Of a DNA stretch of 64,000 bases, positions 1 to 11,559 are shown one piece after another. The DNA comes from Takakia lepidozioides (Eukaryota > Plantae > Bryophyta). The stretch covers positions 48,360,001 to 48,424,000 of the forward strand of contig CM060733.1 in NCBI GenBank assembly GCA_030704615.1, given 5' to 3'. The position numbers and the translations under genes are program-made. Position 1 is the first letter of the stretch. Each line of letters starts with the position of its first letter. Below the pieces are notes generated by a model. The model worked only from the letters and a program-made list of their open reading frames with translations, ran no database searches and was not told the origin of the DNA.

Positions 1-2859
1 ACCCTGTGAATGTTGGAGCTGGAGTCCCCCTGGAGCCTTTGCATATTTTTGATTTGCATTTCTTGAAAGAGGGGGTCCGAATTGCCATGCAAGCCACTCT
101 AGATCCTGGTGGGGTGCGTTCTATATGCCAGTCACTATCAATGCAATCAGATTCCTGCACCATGGCCACCACCTCCTCCAATGGGATTTCCGCTGCTATG
201 CTTGCATGTTCCGCACCTGCTCCACAGGAGGAGGACCCACCTGGGAAGGGGCCGGCACAGGACTTAGTCTGCACTGGAGACACCTTTGGCACAGAGAAAT
301 TGACCCTGTCTGGCCTATGGGAATCTCCATCTGACCCTGGAAGAGTGTTTAATTTCCTTTTGCATGATCCAAATCTTTCCTCGCCTTCCAAATGGGGAGC
401 CTGGATTGCAGAGGGGAACCTTCAGTGCACCTGTTTAGAGCTCTGGCCATCTTTGACGGGTCTCCGGACCTACTCGCAGCCCTTAGCATCAACAAAGTCG
501 AATCGGGGCCCTTCCCTCCACCCCGTCCCATCAGAAAATTGCGGTACCTGGTTTGTTGTGTAAGTGCCCGCACCATGTCATCAGCAGTGGCCACATACAA
601 GTCACGACCTGCTTTGGTAGACTGTTGCATCCAGGCGTTGTGAACAGTCTCTGCCAAATTACACGATGGCATGTCGGCCAAGTCCTCCAAGGACATGTCC
701 TGCAGGAGGCATTGCATGGAAATGTGAGGAAGGAAAAGAAATGGTAGAGGTTATTCAAGTGACAATCGAACAACCCCAAATGAACAGGCACGATGCAAAG
801 TGCAATTTGTGTTTAAGGAAAACTTGTGAGGCTTACCGTCGTCATGAAAGCTCCCCACTGTCTGTACCTGAAGTGCCAGAAAACCAACCAGTCCTCCAAC
901 TCCTTCAGGTGGATACCTGTAGCAGCACCAGCGGAGAACCACCAAGCCCGGATTGCCTGGTAAGTGCTCTCTGCTTCTCCCATTGAGGTGGCATTCTTGT
1001 ACTTCAGACAGAGCCTTCTATGCTCCAACTGAAGGTCAGGGCGAATGCAGCGCTTTGTATGACGTGCCAGAGATTGACTCCAATGGAAGAGGCATGTGCG
1101 CTCCCTATTTTCCATGGGGACCTTAGGATCCCCAGAACCAAACACGCGCCGCACTGCATTGAAATTTGCCTGTGCACTATCAGCCATGAAGCCCGCAAAG
1201 TTTGTGTTCTGTATTCCATTGCGCTGCATGACGGTCAGGAGGGACTTCCACATGAGCATCTGGGATTCAGTGTCCTCCGACTGCATATCACAAATTGCTA
1301 TGGAGAGCACACGCTGGTACGCTGGATCATACACATGGACACGCCATGGTTGTCCAACCCTTCACCCGTTTGCAGTGATCAAACATTAACCAACATTTAG
1401 CCAAATCTCCTCCAGGTTGCATTCGGCGGACAATGCTCACACCACTGCCTTGGCCCACAGCGGACATCTTGAACAAATACACTTTGGACGAGCCCTGGCC
1501 AGGGAACATACTGTTTTGAATGAATTCATAGCGACTCCTCCGTTTGAGGTCCATAATGTTGTCCATGAATCCAGCAGTGCCTGTGCCCATTCTGAGTGCA
1601 TTCACCTGGTTTCGAATATTGGGAGAGCTCAACACGGAGAAATGGTCCATGACTGCCTCAAGGGAATCTGCATCCAGCATTGGCTGTGTCGAATCCCCTT
1701 CACCCAGTATGTGTTTTTCCAGGAATGCCTTGCTAGCTGCAAGCGCTATAGCAGAAGGTGTTGCAGAAGGGGCATTATGGAACTCTTGCTTCAGTAGATT
1801 TCTAGCGATGTCCACGCTATCCCTGCAACTCCCTTTGGACACAGGATGCTCGTGTGCACCCATATGAATGCAGGCACGAGTCATTGTCTTGCATCGATGT
1901 GCCACCTGATACATACGAGCGTGGCAAACAGAAACACAGGACGGGGAAAGTTTGCAGAACCTGCACACAAAAGTATTGGTATTGGGAGGTGCAAGCCCTG
2001 GGGTGAAAGGATTCAGGGGCACACCTTCCCACTCACTTTCGTTTGGCTGAGCGCTGTTTCTCAGCCGAGGGCAAGAAATATTCAGGCACTTGCAATGCCC
2101 AACGCAAACCGACCTCCGAAATTTCAAGCCAATGTCGTTATGGATGTTCGAAGTTTTTGTCCTGCACCAAGGATGTCCGTCATGTTTCTTGTCCATGCCC
2201 TGCAGAAGCCCAGCCAGTCCACTGGAAGACGTGGGAGGGTTGAGCTCAAACAAGATGTCCCCATCAAACTGAGCTGGCACGTATTGAACACGTTGCACTG
2301 GAAGGGACTCCCAATCAACAAAACGTAGCTCGCTCTTGCACCCAGGCACACCTGCGAGGGCTTTCAATTTTGGAATGACACTTGTTATCTCGCGCAATTC
2401 GTCATCATCCAATAAGGGAGTTTGCACTGGCGGAGGAATCTCAGAAACATCCTCCGAGGACGAGTCCGAAAGAGTAACGAAGGTAGTGGATGTGCTCACC
2501 TCTTGTTTCACAGGAACTGTGCCCTTCTGTTGCACGACCGATGCTGCAGTGCCAGGGGTAACGACTGATCCTGCTGATTGTCTTCTCTCTTTTCCAAGGA
2601 CACGGTATGTTCCTGGAAGGACTCTCCACTTCCTTCCACACTCGCCAACCAAGGGTTTCTCCAAGTGCCCAGAATCCAAATTCCCATCCTCGTCATACAC
2701 CTCTTTCTGAACAAGCAGAGAACCCAACTCCAGCGGGAACACTGTAACCAGCTCATCCTCATGAACAACTGCATACCCATCGTCGTCTGCAGTGGCAGTC
2801 AGTGGAAGAGTACCTGCATTGGAATGGAATCGAGCGAGTGCATCTCGCTCCCTCGACAT
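1..2859 (-). CDS. MULE-family DDE transposase with N-terminal GCM/WRKY-like Zn finger (C-terminal SWIM region beyond left edge); 1-bp frameshifts at ~1336 and ~395
   Basis: Likely start MSRERDAL (ATG at 2859). Cys/His finger C..C...CxARM...CIHMGAHEHP. Catalytic-like motifs WLMFDH (D1), FMADSAQANFNAVRRVFG (D2), RTCLFHW (MULE CxxH) and CNLAETVHN (E). Phase-0 GT-AG intron 836-700. Copy 2 lacks both indels, so they are lesions or sequencing errors. Confidence 0.8.
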
Positions 2860-3801
2860 GTTTTCCAGCACTGAACGAAACTGCCGATGCAGAACGGAAT
2901 CCCCGAACTGAGAGCCCGTAATTATCGAAAGTGGAAATACCACCAGCAAACTGAGGTCAACAAGGGTAGCACCAAACCCAAGGCTGCCGGCGATGCATGC
3001 CAAGGATGTAGGGATGACGTGCACATTCACCTCCCACCAACCAGAAAAACGGTTTTGAAAGACCAGAGCCACAAGAAGCCGTACTGTTTTTGGATGGAAA
3101 ACAAACCCTGAAATTGACATGAAACCATCCATTATGAAATGACGGCAACAACCCTGGAGAGCAGTAAACAGGAAGATCCGATTGTAATGAGATTGTGTTG
3201 CGCCAGAATAGCACAGAACAAACACCGACACTTCAAGAGATACCTCGCACGAATGTGTGCAACACATGGTCATATCCGACACAATCCTTTATACCGAATG
3301 ACCCCATGGGGACGGTCACGGCATAAAAAAAACCACAGGGCATGCAGCACAACACACGTGGATGCATATGTGAAGCATAACAATTATTGCGAATCTGGAA
3401 GAACTGCTCGGAATTGAAAAAGCACTACATTTCTACGGCGCATTCGAATTTGAAAGAAGGCAAGGAGGCCGCCATGTATTGGCAGGCGGCGAAGCACATC
3501 TGACATATATCGCAAATGCATGCAACGGATATTCTTTTTCTTCGGCGCTTTATTAGCTGGGTAATACAAAGACGACAAAATGGATGAATTCCGTTCGCAC
3601 ACAATATCAACACCCGCATCCAAATACGGTTGACAACGTCCATTTTTATTTTTGTTACATGCGATACCAGAACTTGTTGCAAACGTCAAACTGGAGAGCT
3701 CCAGGGGCATCGTGGGGAGCCCTTGTTTCCAGCGGAGGAGAAAGAGAAGGAAGTCATTATACTTCACGAGTTCTAGAAACAGGAATAGAGCTAGATATAG
3801 A

Positions 3802-6800
3802 ATGAGGATGGAAAGAGTGGAGGAAGAGGAAAAGGAGGAAGAAGAGGGAATACAGGAAAGTGTGGCGATGGAGGAGCAGGAATCTGGAGAAGAACAACAA
3901 CCCACCATAGTTCCAGGAACAGGCGAGGAGGACACTGCGTCTGAGGGAGAGACAGACGACATGGAGGAAGATGTTGACACTGGCCTCACGAACGATCTGA
4001 CCAGGGAAAGAGGAAGGGGGAGAGGCTCACCTACATAGTCGGCGAAGAGAGCAGCCCCAAGCGGAAAGCGTCCCCGGCAACTGGGGAGTCTTCTCGAGTA
4101 GCTACGAAAAAGGTAAAATCCACACGACCCATATTTGTGAAGAATTCGGCTTTGAATGGCAGGTATTTGTGAAAGAAAGAACCATTGGTCTTGCAAAATT
4201 TGGTCTTGATGTCTGTTATGTGAGGGTGAAACGAACCCTTCACTGCCAGCCCAGACAGTGTGCGGCAACGCACACTGTTTGAGCTGAGCATTTCAATGTT
4301 TCTGGGTGCAAAATTTGGACTTCAGGGGCACCTGTGTGAGTGTGAAAAGAACCCTTCACTGCCAGCCCAGACAGTGTGCGGCAACGCACACTGTTTGAGC
4401 TGAGCATTTCAATGTTTATGGGTGCAAAATTTGGACTTCAGGGGCACCTGTGTGAGTGTGAAATGAACCCTTCACTGCCAGCTCAGTTAGTGTGCGGCAA
4501 CGCACACTGTTTGAGCTGGGCATTTCGGTGTTTCTGGGTGCAAAATTTGGTCTTTGCTGTCTGTTATCTGAGGTTGAAATGAACCCTTCAAAACCAGCTC
4601 AAACAGCGTGCGGCAACGCACAATGTTTGAGCAGACCTTTTCAATGTTTTAGGGTTCAAAATTTGGTCTTGATGTCTGTAATGTTAGTGTGAAATGAACC
4701 CTTCACTGCCAGCTCAGACAGTGTGCGGCAACGCACACTGTTTGAGCTGAGCATTTCAATGTTTCTGGATGCAAAATTTGGACTTCAGGGGCACCTGTGT
4801 GAGTGTGAAAAGAACCCTTCACTGCCAGCTCATACAGTGTGCGGCAACGCACACTGTTTGAGCTGAGCATTTCAATGTTTCAAGGTGAAATATTTGGACT
4901 TCAGGGGCACCTGTGTGAGTGTGAAAAGAACCCTTCACTGCCAGCTCATACAGTGTGCGGCAACGCACACTGTTTGAGCTGAGCATTTCAATGTTTCTGT
5001 GTGAAATATTTGGACTTCAGGGGCACCCGTGTGAGTGTGAAATGAACCCTTCACTGCCAGCTCAGACAGTGTGCGGCAACGCACACTGTTTGAGCTGAGC
5101 ATTTCAATGTTTCTGGATGCAAAATTTGGACTTCAGGGGCACCTGTGTGAGTGTGAAAAGAACCCTTCACTGCCAGCTCAGACAGTGTGCGGCAACGCAC
5201 ACTGTTTGAGCTGAGCATTTCAATGTTTCAAGGTGAAATATTTGGACTTCAGGGGCACCTGTGTGAGTGTGAAAAGAACCCTTCACTGCCAGCTCAGACA
5301 GTGTGCGGCAACGCACACTGTTTGAGCTGAGCATTTCAATGTTTCTGGGTGAAATATTTGGACTTCAGGGGCACCTGTGTGAGTGTGAAATGAACCCTTC
5401 ACTGCCAGCTCAGACAGTGTGCGGCAACGCACACTGTTTGAGCTGAGCATTTCAATGTTTCTGGGTGAAATATTTGGACTTCAGGGGCACCTGTGTGAGT
5501 GTGAAAAGAACCCTTCACTGCCAGCCCAGACAGTGTGCGGCAACGCACACTGTTTGAGCTGAGCATTTCAATGTTTCTGGATGCAAAAATTGGACTTCAG
5601 GGGCACCTGTGTGAGTGTGAAATGAACCCTTCACTGCCAGCTCAGACAGTGTGCGGCAACGCACACTGTTTGAGCTGAGCATTTCAATGTTTCTGGGTGC
5701 AAAATTTGGACTTCAGGGGCACCTGTGTGAGTGTGAAATGAACCCTTCACTGCCAGCTCAGACAGTGTGCGGCAACGCACACTGTTTGAGCTGAGCATTT
5801 CAATGTTTCTGGGTGAAATATTTGGACTTCAGGGGCACCTGTGTGAGTGTGAAAAGAACCCTTCACTGCCAGCCAGACAGTGTGCGGCAACGCACACTGT
5901 TTGAGCTGAGCATTTCAATGTTTCTGGGTGAAATATTTGGACTTCAGGGGCACCTGTGTGAGTGTGAAAAGAACCCTTCACTGCCAGCCCAGACAGTGTG
6001 CGGCAACGCACACTGTTTGAGCTGAGCATTTCAATGTTTCTGGGTGCAAAATTTGGACTTCAGGGGCACCTGTGTGAGTGTGAAATGAACCCTTCACTGC
6101 CAGCTCAGACAGTGTGCGGCAACGCACACTGTTTGAGCTGAGCATTTCAATGTTTCTGGATGCAAAATTTGGACTTCAGGGGCACCTGTGTGAGTGTGAA
6201 AAGAACCCTTCACTGCCAGCTCATACAGTGTGCGGCAACGCACACTGTTTGAGCTGAGCATTTCAATGTTTCTGGGTGAAATATTTGGACTTCAGGGGCA
6301 CCTGTGTGAGTGTGAAAAGAACCCTTCACTGCCAGCTCAGACAGTGTGCGGCAACGCACACTGTTTGAGCTGAGCATTTCAATGTTTCTGGGTGAAATAT
6401 TTGGACTTCAGGGGCACCTGTGTGAGTGTGAAATGAACCCTTCACTGCCAGCTCAGACAGTGTGCGGCAACGCACACTGTTTGAGCTGAGCATTTCAATG
6501 TTTCTGGGTGAAATATTTGGACTTCAGGGGCACCTGTGTGAGTGTGAAATGAACCCTTCACTGCCAGCCCAGACAGTGTGCGGCAACGCACACTGTTTGA
6601 GCTGAGCATTTCAATGTTTCTGGGTGCAAAATTTGGACTTCAGGGGCACCTGTGTGAGTGTGAAATGAACCCTTCACTGCCAGCTCAGACAGTGTGCGGC
6701 AACGCACACTGTTTGAGCTGAGCATTTCAATGTTTCTGGGTGCAAAATTTGGACTTCATGGGCACCCGTGTGAGGGTGAAATGAACCCTTCACTGCCAGC

Positions 6801-9800
6801 CCAGACAGTGTGCGGCAACGCACACTGTTTGAGCTGAGCATTTCAATGTTTCTGGGTGCAAAATTTGGACTTCATGGGCACATTTTTGAGTATAAAATGA
6901 ACCCTTCACTGTCAGCTCAAACAGTCTGCGGAACCGCACACTGTGTAGGCAGAACATATGAATATGGAAGGGCGCAACTTTCGGCCCTCATGGGCAGATA
7001 TTTGAGCAGAACTTTTCAATGTTCTTTCCCTGTGTAAATCGGGAACATAGTGCATGTCCGTGAGGATCAATGAACACTTATCTGGCAGCTCAAAGAACAC
7101 TTCCCTTTTTATCCCACTTTTTCATGCATCGGTCGACGTTTCATTCCTCTCTTATAAGAATTTGAGTGAACAACCTTGCAGGGGAAAATGCAAAGTGTGG
7201 CGGATGAGGTCCCTCAGGGTCAGGGGAAGGAGACCAAAGATGATGTTGACGATGAGTTTTATGAAAGCAAAGCCGCTGAGATGCTGGGGGGTCAAAAGGT
7301 GAACTCTCAGCTTGTGGTTCAAAGTATGCTTGCTCCTGGTGGGAGGTTGAAGATTCCCCTGTGTAGGTTGGTTTCCATGCCCGTCGTTCGTCCACCCCTT
7401 GTCAAAGACATTCTCAAGCTGGAGGCCGAGTTTGTTCATGGGTATTTGGATGGATCCGCGGTCTTTTACGTTTCTACTAGGGATTCAAGAGGTAACGAGC
7501 TCCTTGTTGATGAGTCAATCGTCGACTCCTGGGACCCCATTTGGAGACAGGTGAACGAATCCTTCGAACTTCTTCTCTCCAGAAAACCTTCCACCCAGGT
7601 ATTCTCGGGGAAGATGTTTCACGTTTGGGATGGCAACCACCGGTTGCTTGCATGGATGGCTGTCATTGGGAGGCTGCACTCACAGGAGGAAGAGTGGCAT
7701 TACTCTGTTCGATCGATGGTGCTTGATTGTGACGACAACATGATGGGTCTTCTGACGGCAATGAATGATGTGAACAGGTTGGTTTCTCATTGTACACGTT
7801 GCACTTCTGGTTCCGTTCTTCCTTGATTGAAGTCCTTGAATTACATTCTGAAATTCAGATATCATTCTGCAGAGGGACGGAGACATCGCATGTCAAAACG
7901 AGTCTGGTTCACACACTGTATAGGATACAAAGGATCGGGCAGATGCCCTTGACCAACTTCAAGACCATCCTTTCGGCAGAGATGTATAAGAAATGCGAAA
8001 GCTCCAAGACTTCGGAAACATGGTACTCGTTGACCCGTGAGGCTTTCATGGAGTACATGTACACGGTGAGATACATCTTCCTTCATCTGGCCTTTCCATA
8101 TTCCTGCTTCCACATGTTTGTTTCTCTCTGTCTCCCTTGACCTTGGATTGATGCAACTCTCTTGCATTCCCTTGCAGCAAGACATTGCAGATGCAGGGGA
8201 GCGTGGCAAACTGGAATACTACAGCTCTACCCCTGAGGAGAGAAGGACAGCAAAGGGAGTTGAAAGTCACATCCAGAAGGAGATGAACGCTACAAGAAGG
8301 ACAATAATGAGTGCTTTTGTGAAGCAGTTGAGAATGGCCGACCCATCATTCGGGCCGCAGTTTCTGCTGGAGATAAAAAACCATTATAACAAGCCAGGCA
8401 AGCCGGAGATGGCCCAGGAGAAGTTGCACAGGTTGTCTACCGCCGTCGTGTCTTCTGAACAGAAGGTGAAGTGGCTGCAGATATGGAACTCCGATCCCAC
8501 AGTTAGGGATACCCACATGTTCCCAAGGCCAGAGAAGGAGAAGAAGACCCAGCGTGTCGTTCCTGTCAGTGACAATGTGCTGGACAACTGGCTTCACAAG
8601 GCCACTTACTGGAGCCAGGTGTGATGTCCTCTCGTATCTCACTTTCTTTTCTCTTTTCCTGTCCTTCTCTTCCCATTGCCTCTTACATTCGCTGTGACTG
8701 TTTTTGGGTTCATTCTTCCATTTCAATTTTTTTGCAGTTGGAAGAAAGGGCCCGATCGGTTCTGCATACTCAGCTGGCTGACTATGGCATCACTATGACA
8801 GCTCCGAAGGTCTCCTTCGAAGCATACATGAGGAAATGGAGAGCCACAGTGTGGCACTCTGGTTTCTTTAGAGAGTTCAGCAAGGAGGGTGGCATCAGTC
8901 GAACAAATGAGCTTGACCAGCAGGAAAAAGGAGAGGAAGCCTGGAAACGATGCCTTTACAGGTGCACACCCTTGCACTCTTTGCTTGTGTTGTGGTTGCA
9001 ATGTGTTGTGTGGCATACTGTTTAAGGGGGTCTTCCTGGTGTGTTGAAAAAGCTGGGACACAATATGTGCATTGGATAATGAGGCTGTGTCTGTTCGTGC
9101 AGGTACATTAAGTTTGTTCTCCTGGAAGAGAATTGCTTGGACAAACATCCAGATTTCGTGGACCTTTGGCTTGTCCCTGCTGGCAACCAGACCATGTTCA
9201 CTGCTGGGATCTTGCATGACTGGGGTCCGGACCATCTTTCTTCTTGTGGTTGGTATTTGGATTGCCCTCCTTCAGAGACCCCAGCTGTAGAGTTGTCTTT
9301 GAGGAGAGAGAATGACCGTATTGCAGCCACTGCCGCAGCAGCGGACCTCGACATTCATGAGCGTAATCTGAGGACTCTTGCAGAGAAGGAGCCTCCCGCT
9401 CAGGATACCCCGGGTAGAGGAAGAAAGGCAAAGGGAAAAGATGTTGCTGGTGTTGTGGGGACGGGAAGGGGTAGAGGGAAGGTGGCACAAGGGCAGGGAA
9501 GTGTTGCAGCTATTGGCCCTGTGGAGCATGTCCAGCAGACTCCACCGCATGGTAGGGGATCCGGGAGAAAAAACAAGGGTGTGGTTGATCCCAAGGACCC
9601 GTACCATGCAGTGGAACATCCCACGAGGGTCATTCGTCCAACCAGGTTGGAGATTGCCAACGTCGGGTTCCTTGCCATGATGGAGTCGAAGAAATCTGAT
9701 TACAAGGGCGAGCCATCACCAGTGTGGGAGAGGATTGTCGAGTTCCTCAGCACGGTGCGTGTTCTCTTTGGGTTCTGTGGCTTCTGCTCTCTTTGTCTGC

Positions 9801-11301
9801 TGTGGGCATGGATCGTTTATAAACTTGTCAGAATTCCATTGTATTTTTGTTTGCAGGCTAAAATGACCAAATCGTGGGTGAACGGGAAGGAGAAGCCATA
9901 TGCAGCGGAACTCATCATCTTGGACATCCCTGATGGGTTGGCAGTCCCGGATATCCCACCATCGGGTGCTTGTCCGGGTTGGAATGCATTTGATGAGCGC
10001 TACTGGCGGTGGGTTTTTTCCTTTTGCAACTTCTTCCTTTCCGATGCAGGTGTTTTGGTTCTCATCCAGTCCATCGATGTTCGGTGTCGCCGTGCCCTTG
10101 CCAGCTATTTGAAAGCCTCGGGCATGAGAGTCCTGAAGACATGGAATTGTGTGAACAGCATGTACCTTACGAAGGGGGATCGTCCGGGAGAGATGGTGAG
10201 TTTCCCTTCTTCTTCCTCTTCTTTTTTGTTCTGGGATTGTGTTGTGTAGGTCGCTCAAACTCATATGTAGGGGCCCGATTTTATTTTGGTTCTTAGTTCC
10301 TTCTGGATGTCATGTTCGCAGACTCGTCTGTTTGAAGCTGTTTGTCTCGTCCGGGTGCATCCACCAACGACTCCGGCCGGCATTACGGAGTTTGCCATCA
10401 CTCACGGGGGCAAGTTCATAGATGACAGGACAGATCCTCCCACGGATGACATGCATCACAACTACGTCGACAGCAACGTGTGCTTGCGAAGGGGGAATGG
10501 GGTTCCTTGGAGAGGGGCGAGGGAGAGGAGCCCGGCTTTCATTCAAACGATTGTGGAGTGCTGCACCTACACAGACGCCAGAGTTCTGGATTTGTCAATG
10601 GGCACAGGTTCGTCCCTTCAACATTCACATTTCATGAGGTTTGATTGAGCTTGCACTTTCAGCACTTTCCACCGTTCCGAATGTGTCTTCAATGTCTGCT
10701 TACTTCATTCTATTCCACTGCAGGTGCTTCGTACCACGCTTGCAAGGCCAGTGCGCGACATGTCTTTGGGATTGAAGGGGATGCTGAGATTTACAAGAAC
10801 CTCCTGATGGGTTTGGGTGGACACACTTCTCAGGTCCTTCCGAAGCCCCGTCCCGCTGATACTGGTACAGAGGAGACTTCTGACAAGGAGCTGGACTCCG
10901 ACTTTGCCTGTGAGTAAGTTGAACCTGTGCATGCTTGCATTGTTGTTTCATTATCGAGAATCGCTGTTCTTGAGGCAAAGTGCAAATGGGAGACATCCTC
11001 TTCGTTGGACTTGTGCATTGCATCATTGTGTTAAAAATGGAATTTTGTGGACATGTGTAGGAGTCCGCGTGCTTCCACTTGCCCTCCTGGGCTATCACAC
11101 CTATTTGGACTTGTTTTCAGTCCTCCTCGGTCTTGTGTGCTACCTGTCTATGCGGAGGCACTCGCAGCAAGCATGTCCGTTCATGGCACTCAGAGTCCAC
11201 CTTGCGATGGCCTTCGTAGAACACGTGGTGTTGGGGCCAGAATCTTTGTAGATGACATAGCACAGGAGGTGGACATTGATTGTGATGACTGCGACACTTG
11301 A
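3802..11301 (+). CDS. ParB/Srx-like domain fused to beta-class N4-cytosine/N6-adenine DNA methyltransferase-like domain (transposon cargo gene, copy 1)
   Basis: Manual splicing with GT-AG sites and matching phases gives exons 3802-4112 (one 1-bp indel), 7182-7777, 7873-8065, 8178-8618, 8738-8961, 9103-9754, 9857-10195, 10322-10607, 10724-10913 (or read-through to TAA at 10917) and 11061-11301. ParB-like IPLCRL...FHVWDGNHRLLAW (DGNHR 7629-7643). MTase motifs in beta order: ELIILDIPDG (IV, 9923-9934), FLSDAGVLVL, RERSPAFIQTIVE (X), ARVLDLSMGTGAS (I), RHVFGIEGD (II). Confidence 0.8.
4225..6950. repeat. Tandem array of 116-bp units (~24), each with palindrome CAGCTCA(G/A)ACAGTGTGCG-GCAA-CGCACACTGTTTGAGCTG; lies in intron 1 (4113-7181) of the ParB-MTase gene
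   Basis: CAGTGTGCGG recurs at 4256 and 4372, then at ~116-bp steps to 6806, with a degenerate last unit at ~6921. The period is not a multiple of 3. Confidence 0.95.
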
Positions 11302-11559
11302 TATGAAGTATTCTTTTGGTTTAATTCTGGGACAAATTTGAAATGGGATGGTTGTGTGTCCTTATTGTCCTCTTTGCAATGTGTGCATGGAATTCACATT
11401 CATGGTTCCAAACTATTGTTGGAGATGGGGGTTGCATGGACTGCCCGGATTGTTCCTTCAATATATTTGTTGTTTTGTGGACCTCACAGACTTGAGTACA
11501 TTGCAAAAACAAACAAACCACTTTGTTCTCAATTCTCAATTCTCCCCACATCAACCCGC

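Noticed and set aside
1-2859. KDZ/Zisupton or Helitron identity for the large element
   Set aside because: The motifs (D..AD.A...A...F..CxFH..N..E..N plus SWIM) fit Mutator-type DDE transposases. No Rep/helicase or KDZ CxC signature was recognised.
2860-3282. Hydrophobic N-terminal 140 aa of the 651-aa ORF as a membrane domain
   Set aside because: T-rich, intron/UTR-like composition and a non-ATG start. Transposase-like sequence begins around MSRERDAL.
3384-4268. 294-aa Ser-rich minus-strand ORF
   Set aside because: It is the antisense shadow of the purine-rich acidic exon 1 and is not kept intact in copy 2.
4225-6950. CRISPR array (palindromic repeat with intervening sequence)
   Set aside because: The intervening sequences are themselves repeated (two variants), not unique spacers. 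There are no cas genes and the context is eukaryotic and intronic.
4225-6950. 5S rRNA or tRNA gene array (unit length ~116 bp)
   Set aside because: No recognisable 5S sequence, internal Pol III boxes, cloverleaf or oligo-T terminators with spacers.
7182-10917. Bacterial/phage contamination or a restriction-modification operon
   Set aside because: The gene is split by multiple phase-consistent spliceosomal introns and embedded among plant genes and TEs. No restriction nuclease is seen.
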